Of a stretch of 64,000 nucleotides of DNA, positions 1 through 11,466 are shown piece by piece. This stretch comes from Blasia pusilla. Its lineage: Eukaryota. The notes below the pieces were generated by a model, which did no database searches, had not been told where the DNA came from, and saw only the letters and a program-made list of their open reading frames with translations. Made by a program: the position numbers and the translations under genes. Every line of letters begins with the position of its first letter. Within the stretch, counting starts at the first letter, position 1. The stretch is taken from NCBI GenBank assembly GCA_050084515.1, contig CM114271.1, positions 21,824,001 to 21,888,000 of the forward strand. Reading direction: 5' to 3'.

Positions 1-949
1 CAGTTCTCATGCCTCCCTCAACTCCACCGACTCTATGGATAGCAGTCCTAGCTATACTCTAGTAACGGCTCCAACCTAGTGGCACTAGCTCCTCCACACT
101 AGCGGCACCCCAAACATTTCCAACCTCTAACTGAGGGAAAGTTGTACCATGTCACCTCTTCCTTGCCTTGAACCACGTTCACTCACAAGGGGTATCAGAA
201 CTTCAGTTCCGATTGAATGAAGAGCTCTCCTCCTCCTCACTCCTTCTCACTTTCCAACCGAGGGCTATCAGAACTTAAGTTTTGATGCCTCACACAACAT
301 CTTCAATGTTGCTCTCCTGCCTTTTCACATCGGTGATCCGCTCAACTTAGAGAATCCATGCGACTATATGGAATCTTTTTGGAATATTTCTCAAATGAGC
401 TTTGTTTTTGGTCTCGTTTTCACAATTGGACTCAAATTTTTGTGATCTTTCCAATGGCGGTTTCAACTCTCGTAAAATCCTGCACAATCAACACCATTGT
501 GCCCTCCTTAATTCCATTCTTGCTTGATTATCGTCTTGCCCAACATTCATCCGATTTGGTCCAAAATCAAGCACCCCTCACTCAAATCAGCAACGAAGTG
601 CCCAGGCACTTGCTGACTTGCCCACACTCAATCACGTCATGATTGACACTGATTTCCTCACCATAATTGTCTCAAGAACTCCTTCCCTACAATCTGATCC
701 TCAATTGCTCCACTCTTGAGCAACTCCACCAAGATTGAGAAGCCTCCCCCTCTTCAAATCTTGTCAAATCTGTCGCATCGCACAGATTTCTCAATTTTGA
801 ACATCTGACTTTGATTTCAACAATTATTTTTCCCCATGTCCTCCCACATGGTCAAGATACACTAGCTTGCAATTCTTGCAAACCCCACAATACCACAATT
901 GTGCTCTACACCACAAATTGAGTCCCACGTTCTCTTCTATTGAGAACCA

Positions 950-1589
950 GTGTGCATCTCCTTAGGATATAAAGTTGAATATGCATTGTAGGCTCGGATG
1001 AAATGTGCAATCAACCCTCGGTCATCCAAAAAGCCATGTTCATGAAGCAGATACACATTGTTGTAACAGTAAGAGAAAGTGTACACAAAGACTCTCAAAA
1101 GATGTGTGATCTTTCTTATTGATTGCTCCTAGCCCACTCTTTAAAAGAGAATCTAGGCTCAATACATGCAAGCTGCATTGTATCACGGATCCCAACACGG
1201 GTGTGTAATCCTAAGGAGATGAGCTCCAAATGAGCTTTATCCGAGGTATACCGCCCTTTGGGCACCTCCATGGGTGACCTATACACACAGATTACCTCCC
1301 TTCTACCAAGTCACTACCAACTTGTAATACACATATACTAGCTTCCTAACAACTACACATGTGGTCCCGTCATGAGACCAACTATCAACTAACCAACGAC
1401 CCTATAGGTCCAAGTGGAGCCATACATGGCTGGGAAGGTCAACCTCTCCAAGGTTGCCACTCCTCATAAAGGGAAGGATGACCTACACTCGTAGGTCACC
1501 TCCTAAGAGCAGGTCATATATGACCTCTCAAAATAGGGAAGTACAAGACCCTCGATACTATCTCCCCCTACACCTCATCTACCATGACC
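950..1589 (-). mobile_element. LTR of a Gypsy-type retrotransposon (probable 5' LTR of an element running off the left edge)
   Basis: The reverse complement (gtcatggtagatgag...gagggtcttgtacttccctattttgagaggtcatatatgacc...cccatggaggtgcccaaaggg...aagctcatt...) is colinear with the TG..CA-bounded LTR at 30195-30890. A possible degenerate PBS (tggttctcaatagag) follows on the minus strand. Confidence 0.65.
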
Positions 1590-1649
1590 TATCCCTATTG
1601 GAAATCCAAGGCGCTTAGTGCCTACACCCTTGAAGGCGTTTCCCGTTGT

Positions 1650-2450
1650 GAAGAAAGGTGGTTCTCAGTACATTGAATACTTTGATAAGATGGAAAGCAA
1701 GTCTTTTGGAAGCAAAAAGGTGGAGTTCCAACAATGAGCGCAGTAGTGGAGGAAGACGATTGAGGAATTGGACCGAGTGTTTCCTCATGGAAACCTTGAC
1801 GAAAAGGTACAAAACATGTGATTGAATCATAAGGCAACAAGAAATAAAGACTCGAGTACCAATAATAGGAGAATTTTGATAGCCCATCACATCACTTCAT
1901 CGTTCTCTCAGACATTGGAGAATTTTTGGCCTGTAACCAAACAAAACATTCAAGTTCCTATTATCTTTGGAAGTGGAATTCTTCATAATCGAGGTAACTA
2001 TTGTGGGCCCACTAGATTCAGGCCTAGAGTTGGTATGTTATCAATGGAGGAAACAGAAGTTGTATCGGTAGATTTCAATGTTGGAGACTTTGTCATAATT
2101 AGACCTATATGGATAAAGACAAGAAAGAAATAAATATCCCATATGGATGGGAAAACTTCTAGTCGGAGTTGGTGTAGATTCTAATTTCAAAATTCAATAT
2201 TGGTGGCCATTGAATATATTTGGAAGAAGGAACATTGCCCCAAGCATGAGATATCAAAATTGGGATAGAAAGAAATAGGAGAAGAATATTAGTGAAAAAC
2301 CGATGTTATTTCCACATGATGCAATGATAATATATTTTGCTAATTGAAGATATGTAGTGGAGGGTGGACTAGCGTGTATCCCTACTGATGTGGCTAATTT
2401 CATAATGTCTAGAATAACCTTTGACACTAACCTAGTACTGGAAGATTGAG
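1650..2450 (+). pseudogene. Degenerate coding remnant, probably transposon-derived
   Basis: ORF 1822-2133 (..ENFWPVTK..YCGPTRFRP..VGDFVIIRP) continues across stops and frameshifts into YPIWMGKLL..FKIQYWWP-like text. It looks protein-like but the family is not confidently recognised. Confidence 0.3.
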
Positions 2451-3024
2451 TTCATTAACAACACCATCACTCAATCTTAATTACAATTTATTATAATGTT
2501 GTTCAAATTCATCACTTTATTTCATAAAGTGTGTTAAATTTAGTAACATTAAAATTATGTTTGAAATTAAATATAATTATAATTTTCTTGGTATAATTAA
2601 TGTTGTGGATCATGTGTAATTTTTGGAGGATATTAAATATTATTTATTATTTATTTAAATAATTATGTTTGTAGATGTGACATGAGATTATAGAATAAAT
2701 GGTTATGTTTAAGCTTTCATTGTTTGAATCCATGTTATTCCCAAATTACTCTCGTTTAGGATCTACCTCTAACTTACATGAAGAAGTAGAATTACCTTAC
2801 AACCCTAAACACTTAATTATTTGAACTAACTCTTGGAAGTTTCTCCACAATATACCAATTGATGATTTCAAGCCAATTTCTTAAATCCATCCATAATTAT
2901 ATATTCATCTATTTAGACATTAGATGAAAACCCAGTTTACAACATCCTATCTAGTAGGTCCCATATCCTACTTCCTTCATACATCTTAAGATCCATCCTT
3001 AGGTCGTATATCCTATCACTGTAC

Positions 3025-3465
3025 ATCCTAAACCCTGAGCCACAAATCCTAAGCCATACACTCGTAAGCTATATATCTTATGAATTCATTGGCCATAAAC
3101 ACCAAGAAATACACCCAAATCATATTAAACCCTAAACCCTTAGTCATACACCCTAAACGCTAAACCCTAAGCCGTATGCCCTACATCTTAAACTCAACCA
3201 TACACCATAAGGCCTAAGCCCGATACCGTAAACCCTAAGCTATATAACCCACACCTCAAGGGTAAGCCTTGGAATCCTAAGCCATACACCCTAAGTCCTA
3301 AACCTAAACTATAAGCCCTACACCCTAAGTCCTAAACCGTATATCCCAAACCCTATGCCCATAGACCTTAAGCCTAAGCCATACACCGCTAGCCATGCAT
3401 CCCACACCTTAAATCCTAAACCCTTGGTTGTAGACCCTAACCCATACACTCTAGACCCTAAAGCT
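3025..3465 (+). repeat. Degenerate interstitial telomere-like (CCCTAAA-type) repeat tract
   Basis: Dense aaccctaa/ccctaag/cctaaac variants, e.g. aaaccctaaaccct (~3127) and ccctaaacgctaaaccctaag (~3151). Confidence 0.7.
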
Positions 3466-3814
3466 AATCAATTGACCATAAACATTAAAATGTTTGGAGT
3501 TAACCCTTTAGTAACAATGCCCAAATTTTACGTCGAAAATTGACTATCCATGAATCTTCTTATGTCCATGAATAATGATATCAAAACAAACTAGGTTTTC
3601 TAAAGGACTACATTTGTCAAAATCGATGTTCTATGTGTTATTAAAACATTTTATATAGGGGACAAATATATTTTTTTAAAATTTGTCCACCACCACCACC
3701 TCAAAATACTAATATGTATATTGAGGCAAGCATAAGGGTCATCATGAAATAGAATGGAGAACTAGTTTTTATCCAACTCTAAAACTTTCAAAGGAATAAA
3801 AATTCACTCTTACT

Positions 3815-3903
3815 CAAAGAAGTGAAGGATTAGGTTATGAGTAACCTAATCCTTCACTTCTTTGCTCTACTTTTATATATATATATATATAAAAGTAGAG
3901 CAA
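3815..3903. repeat. Two abutting perfect inverted repeats
   Basis: 23-bp arms at 3815-3837 and 3842-3864 around a tgag loop, overlapping a 42-bp perfect palindrome at 3862-3903 centred on (AT)8. Confidence 0.9.
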
Positions 3904-4803
3904 TGCAAACATTTAAATCTCTCCAGTATAGTAACTAGTAGTTATCCTTCCCACAAATCATACTTGGAGGAATAGAATAATATCAATGTAATTTATACAA
4001 TGATAGTTTACATTTCGGAATATGATTTTACTAGTATAGGGATGTGCATATTGATTTCATATATTTTAATTGTCAAAATAATGAATAAGTTGACTAACAA
4101 TGTTACTAGTGTCCCAAGAGGAGTACAATCTCGTATGACATGGTCCATTCATTGTCCTAGAAAGAATGTACTAAGATTTAATTTCTGAAAAGTGTCTCCA
4201 AAGATCCTTTACCATTCGATATAGATGTTTGAAAGTTTTCCAATATCAAAATTGAAAGTACGACTGAGTTTTCAATTTGCGCTAGAAAAGCGCCACATGC
4301 GTAATATTCAGAACAATTTTCCACGTCAAAGAAGGAAAGTTGCTAGTTTTATTGCCAGGCACTTGCACATGCAATCATGGCAAAAATCTTGAATTCGAAC
4401 GTTATTTTCTACTGCCTGCTATGATCCCCTTACTGATCTCAATTCCATTGTTTCTACCCTCGCTTGCGCGAGCAGTAGCAAGGAACAACTATTTACATTC
4501 CGAAAATGAAAAGACCAGCTCCAAAAAATCCTGTGTTGTAATACCTTCGATTGTAAGGTTCAAGTGTTCGACTCAATTTAATTACTCTAGATTTCTCATT
4601 CTCAACATTTGTTGAATCCGCTGCAATAGTTCCTTCATCATCTTAGTACTGCTGTTCCTCATTTGTTTACGGTACACAGCGCAATCGCGCTGGCACAAAA
4701 CTCTTCTCAAATTTTTTATCATGCACCACCCTTTTAGAGAGATTGTAGATCCGGTGAATGGGACGGGAGGAATTCTCCACTGTCGTTGAAGCTTTACACA
4801 TAG

Positions 4804-7800
4804 TTACAGATCTGCCAGCAGAAGAACTTCGATCTCTTCCAAAGACCGTCCCTTCGTCTCCATCACATTCTTTTTCACGAAGATAGCAGCTACCAAACAT
4901 ACGGCCGAGAAGGAAGAATACAGCACACTTGGACCGAGTTGTTGAAGTGCTTGTAAGAAAAATAAGCCCACGAGAAAGTTTACAATCTGCACAAGTCGCA
5001 CAACGCATGCGTATCATCTTTAGGCCCTATATACCCAACGGATATGGTATTTTGATCAAATCGTCACTTTCTGTGAATTGGAGTTAGTTCAAGTCACCGC
5101 GCTGTTCTCTCGTGTGTTCACTATGTCACATATAGAAGAAAGTTCATCATTTCTTACCCATCCAGAGCCAAATTAAGACTTTACTCTAGATCAGACATTA
5201 CTAGCCTTGAATTATTGGATCAGAGCCGCCTATGACCAGTAAGGATATTACATACCCAATGAACGCACATTGCCACCGACATTGCTTTTGCTCTGATTCG
5301 ACTTGCGAATATTTCAGGCAGTAAGAGGGCTGGCACAGGTCCTGCTCCGAGGGCGAACATAAACACATAGCTGCGAACAAGAATAACCACGTCGTGCCAG
5401 TTTCCCCATTCATTTGGGGCGTGAGTTCGTGTGAAATTGACTTGCATAAACAAAAAACCTGGCTATATGTAAATTACGTGGGAGTTGGAAAATCAGCCTT
5501 GAACTTTAAACACTTAGATGGAGGTGAAGACAAAGATAATAAGCATTCAATGCAGATGCCAAGAACTGCTAGTTGGTTAAAGAAGATTACTCACGATAGC
5601 GTAGCAAAAAGTGACAGAGTACCCTGGATTGGAGCTAAGAATGGAACTCCAGCCGCAGCTGCCTGCAGAGCCATAGCACAAGCCTGCAGTTCATATGTCC
5701 AAGGAAAAATCAAGTTCCTTACAAGTTGGCAATTAATTAGTCTACGCTACTAAAAATATTTTGTATACACAATTTTAATAAGTTTTCGAAACGAAAGAGG
5801 ATAGTGAAATCCAATATGAGGTAAACATCGTAGTAGTTACCGGTACCACAGCAAATACCTACAGGATTCATGTCTGGACGTCACATTGGACTAGGAGATG
5901 ACAGCTGATTCCAGGATAGGTCAATGAAGACAAGCAATTGTGAACGTACCATTCCACTAAAACTCCATATCATGAGGTTACGCCGCCCCTGTTTATCCAT
6001 CAGAAATGTAGCCACGCAAGACGCTGTTGATAAAAGTTCAAAGAGCACATTAATTGAGGAAGCTGGACAGTTCTCAGAGACATTTGTCTGTCTTTCTTTC
6101 TATTTATAAGCGTATTCTGTAATTTCAAAAGAGATATAAAACATGCTACTCCAAGGTTCAAATTGATATCGATAACCCAAGTAGATGACATTCAAGGCTT
6201 CTTACCTATAAGATTCACAACACCCACGCAGACGCTTGCGGCCACATTGGAAGTGACACCCGCGTTCTTAAAGACCACCGACGAGAAATAGAACACGGCG
6301 TTTATACCAGATAGCTGTTGAAACGCAAATAACGCTACACCAATGCTGACAACTGCAAACCCAGGGATTTCACTGTCATTCAAGATGTGCTGCTGGATCT
6401 CACAGTCATTCGAAAGTACTGGAAACAACTCGCATGTTTGCATAGGATAATTTTACATTGGAGCGTTGCGTTCCACGTTACACCTTTCTAGAAAACAAAT
6501 TGAACATTAATTCTTGTCATATTTCAAATGGGATTTCCTTCTCAAATTCCAGCACTACACATCCATTTTGAGTATGAAGTAACATTTTGAGTCTGCAGGC
6601 ACACCTTTCAAATATTTCCGATCCATCAATGCACTCCACGACGCCTCTCCGGAATCTTCTCTTTCTTCACCGCGCACAAGGGCAGCCATTGCACGTTTCG
6701 AATGCTGTTGCCCCAGTAGTCTTTCCAGCTCATGTTCAGCTTCATGCCATTGTGATTGCTGCAACAATCCAATGCAAGCTTCAGCAAAACTTGACGACGT
6801 GAAAAACAGCGAGCTCCCTCTTATCACATTCGACTCGTGTGCACAAAGTGGTTACTTTTACGTAGAGTGAAAGACGATGGTATATGATCTGGGCTATAGA
6901 GAGGCATGGTCTAATTGTAGGGCCAAAGAGACTTGGAAGTAGAAAATATTGAAACGCTCGACGTTTTAAGTTAAGTAGTTTTTGCAAACATGTAAAGGAG
7001 AACCTTTTTGCCAAAGAGTGGTTACAACGATCTTCGAGATTCATAACAAGATAATTAAAGGGTTCAATAGATAAAGGCAAACCCTACTCAGAAACCGAAG
7101 TCGTGACTCTATCATCAGAAGCTTATAACGAGGTTGGATGGTGCAAGTAATATTTGGGGAAGGTATGAAGTTCCTCAGAGTGTGCGCCTTAATTCCAGGA
7201 AGATATAGAGCGAGTGAAACTAACAAACCTTGAAGAGCCAGCGAGGACTTTCGGAACAATACTCCATACCCAAAGCTAGCATTGCAGCAGGAATAGTTGG
7301 AATCCAAAAGCAAGCTCGCCACCTGTAAAGTACGAAACGATTCAGATCTGTTGCAAAGTGGAAAAAAGTTGACGGTTGTGGTAGTATACAAGTATTCATG
7401 AGCGAGAATTCACATCACTTCAGCAGAAAGGAAAAAGAAAGGCACCCATCAACGATTATAATAGAGCGGGATAACTTTCAATGTACCAGCCGGGAATGGT
7501 CGTAACTGGAAGACCAGCCAAAATAGATCCTAGAATACCAACACATGTTGCCACTTGTAACAAACTTCCATAAGCACCACGGACAGCGGTTGGGGAAATC
7601 TGCAGAAAGAATAAAAGACAGCTCAATTATTCAGAACATATTTTAACTGCTAATTCTTTTAACTGCATGATACAATCACTATGATAGTTCACAAATTGCA
7701 AGTATTTAGGGACATGATGGTCCATTGGAGAATGCCTCAAGGAAAGGATTACCAATTAGTTGGATTAAGACATGATTTTATCCCCAATTCGCTTGGAGAT

Positions 7801-10216
7801 TTGAGTCAGTCACTACTGCCAATCGCATGGAAGACATCAACTCAGACACTGAAACACGATTCTATGAGTCTTGATGGGCTAGTGGTTCAGCACGTCTCTA
7901 TATAAGTGTGTGACCCAATTTCTTCGCAAAAAATTAGTTCATAGCGTGTGAACTAGTATTTTATGCTTTAGAAACTTTCAGATTTGTAAGTCAGTAAACG
8001 TCAACAATTGAAAATTCATACCTCAGATACATATAAGGCTGCCACTGGACCAGCTATTCCAAGGCCTACGCCGACTAGCAACCGTCCGAAAAGCATGACC
8101 AAAAGAGTTGGAGATACCGCGCTGAAATTAACACATACAGACACATCTTGACTTGGTTATTTCAGAAAAAAGAACAAGAAATGATTTCTAGTCCACGGGA
8201 GGCCTACCTGACCTATGGGACCCCTGCTACATGTGATATTGACATCACATGTGACAGACACCTTCACATCTAGATTTCAAACATTTCTGTTCCGGGTTCC
8301 CATGGAGGAGATATGGTTTTTGAGCGAAGACCTGGAACTTTTTATCCAAATTTTCAACCCGGTAGCATAATCAAGACACACACACGTGAAAGCTCACATG
8401 GCGTACATGGACCATCCATGTACTTTCCCCTTGGCAGAGTAGGGGAGAGTTGAACCGAGGACCTCTTTGAAAGGACCTTGTGTCAGTTTAGTTTAGGTAA
8501 CCTCTTGGTCATCTACGGAGACAGGTCTTCATGCTGGCTGCGTTAAACTGAAACATTAGTGTAGCAACCGCAATTCCACATTCATACCTCTTGAAACATG
8601 TGCACGAAGGAACTTTAATTTACCTCAAAATAGAACCTACAATCATTGGGGCTGTGCTCAATTGGAAGGCTCGTCTGCGTCCGTACGCATCAGCAACTGA
8701 GCCGCTGGTTGAACATCCTGCGAAGGCACCGATTAAGCAAGAACTAACCACGGAACCTGCATACGAAATGGAACAGAATGTTTAGGTGCAAATATATTAT
8801 TTCGCTTCCTCAATACAAACGGGTGCTAGTTTGAACCAACGAAATAAGTGACATCTACATGGCTGATCATAAAAATTCGCTTGATTACCTTGGGCCAGAG
8901 CATTTCCTGCAAATCCAAGGTCGTAGGTGATGTAATCTAGTGGTACGTTCACCACTCTGTCGAATCATTCATCCCACATTCCACACATTAGAAAAGAGCA
9001 TTCCAGCGGATTAAAGTCCAATTCGTGATCCAGAAGACAATCTAGCGCATTCCGAGTGAATGGAATCAAGAGAAACATCCCCTCCATGCGGAGAATCGAT
9101 GTAAAGCACAGCCAGATTATTTCTACTTTGTTTTTTCTCTCTAAAATTTGTGAACTCACCCTAAATGATAGCCGAATAAAATTGAGGCTATCGTCGCCAC
9201 GCACACGTGAGGCAGGGAAAGCTGCCAAGGGGGGTTCGATGCGATCGAATCCGAGACTTCATACGCCAAGTACGCTGCATTACAGTTTGTGCGTCATTCA
9301 GTTCTAATTTGCATGTTCCAAGAAATCAAAACCAGAAGAGCACAGCTTCACCTGGAAACCTTCGCAAGTTTCTTAGATCGTCGAAGGCGACTCGTGATAC
9401 ATTCGATTCAATCGTAGCGCAGACCACGGTGACTTCTCAGCGAGTTGTGAAGTGAAAGCTATTCGTTAAAAGGCTGATGACAAAGTAGTTTTGGAGGTTC
9501 CAATTTAGGCTGAGGTCCACACAACATTAATGCTTCCTTGTATGATACATAGCCAGACGATCTCTGCTGGTGCTAGCGGACTGGTTCATTAGCTAACCAA
9601 CATTAAAAAGTTAAAGCTTAGACTACCTATGCATCCCCATGGCATGAAGGTTCGGGTTTAGCATACGTTCCTGTCCCCAATGATAAGACATGTGTTCTTG
9701 GGCGCCAATAATGTCACTAGTTTGAATCATACCTGCAGCAGCCCGAACACGCTCTGCGTCTGTGGTCATTTCGCGGACTTGAGGAAAACGTTTGTAGGAG
9801 GCATCAGCCATGTTTGGTCGAGACCTCATTGGCCACCACTGTGCGACGTCGTTGCTGAACAACGGAAGAGCAAATGTGCTATCAGGTTCAGCTTCACCCG
9901 TTCCCCCTTGCTGTGCTCGTATCCCGATTGATAGATCTTTCGCGGGATGAATGTTGGTGGCTCCTACAGACACATTCTGCTTTCCGCGTGAGCTTGACGA
10001 TTTCCAGAATGAAGAACGAGGGAGGGAAGTGAATAGAGATGCGCTCGTGGTGGGAATTGGAGCGGACACCGAGGACGATGAAAATGAAGATACTGGAGTA
10101 GCTGTGATGGAAGAGGGTGAGCACGAGCACAGGGAGTGCGAGGGAGGCGAAGGAGGCTGAAAGAAGACATTCAGTTGGTGCGATCCTGCTCCGCTTGCGA
10201 CAGTTTGCAAGTTCAT
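4804..10216 (-). CDS. Plastidic glucose transporter-like MFS sugar porter (pGlcT clade), about 13 exons
   Basis: Spliced GT-AG exons give a Ser-rich transit-peptide-like N-terminus, then WQLSLPHVCVATIASILFGYHLG|VVNVPL..|ADAYGRRRAFQL..|LYVSE|ISPTAVRGAYGS..|ESPRWLFK|..QQLSGINAVFYFSS..|MDKQGRR..|FALGAGPVPALLLPEIFASRIRAKA..|METKGRSLEEIE; stop at 4804. The exon 1 donor is uncertain (9667 fits the reading frame). Confidence 0.92.
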
Positions 10217-11466
10217 GATGTCTGACAGATTCCGGAAAAGAGAAAAGGAGGTACTCGACGAAGGCTTTAGCACGCTTACTTCAAGAGAGTTATTGCGTCG
10301 CTCGCTCGCTTTAGTATGGTCGATTACAATAAGAGTTTCCTTCGACTCCTTCTCTATTTCGTCTTGTTTCCTTAGCTTCCGGGGTACCTCGACCGTACTT
10401 CAAGAGATAGGAGTGACATGTATGCTGGGGTGGGACTATAAGCCCTGCACAGACTTGAAAGTTGTGTGAGTCCGATGGATTGACAGCGATTGCTGCTCGG
10501 TGGGAAGAATAGGAACGAAGTGCGCAGTGGAGTGGAGGAGCGGGGCCGGTCCATTTAGAGCGGCGCGCTCGAGGTGGACAGGCCAAGTGTCGGGCGGAGA
10601 TCGTACCTTGTGCGCGCGCGGCGTGGCCTGTCACAATTGCCTGGCGTCCACGTAGTCACACTGCCATGTCCTCGTGTGAAGTTTCGAGAGGAGTGAACGG
10701 AAGGCCGGTCCTTCACGGTTGCGCTGTCAACGTTGGTAGCTTTCAGGATCTCTCCGAAGTATGGCCTTCCGGAAAGGCCACACGGTGCGCTCGCTGCGAT
10801 TCCATGATTTGCCACACGTCTGAGCGCTGGGATTCGAATTGTGAGGCGGGCAGGAATCTGTGGGGACGTTGGGCCCCAGGGACGAGAAGGACTCTGGACA
10901 GCTTGGTTCGTAACCTTGTTCACACTCCACGTATGCGAGGCAGTCGCTAGGTTGAACGAGCGGTGGTTGCGCGTCGACTTGTGGCAGAATGCGGAGTTAT
11001 GACACAATCGTGAAAAGTGACGAAGGGAGATGTTGCCCTCGCGTTTCGCCGTCTGTTAGTCTACCGGCACGCAGGCACGCTAGCTACGAGCATCGTTGGC
11101 CTTTTGACATGTCGGTTCCAATCATTTTTCTCTGTTAATGAAGATGGAGTTGGGAATTCGTCATCCCTCGGATCGTAACGAAATGGCCCCGATGCGGGTC
11201 GAGGATGATGAGTAGAAGAGTGGCTATTGTATTCCCGGCGACGTCTGGATTCGGATGTTCGAATTACGCAGTAAGTGGGTGTCGGATGAGAATACTTGTT
11301 CGATCCGTAGCAGAGAGGTGGTCGGTCGTAAGGGTGCGGTGCCGTGCGGTGAGTCGTTCATGACGGGATCGTAGTTGTATCTCCATGTTGTGTGGAACGA
11401 TAAGGGACGGGAGCTAGTTTTCGAATGAAAAATATTTGTCAAATGGTTGCAAGATGAGTTGAAGAC

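Noticed and set aside
3025-3465. True telomere or chromosome-fusion scar
   Set aside because: The tract is too degenerate and in one orientation only; such tracts are common in plant TEs.
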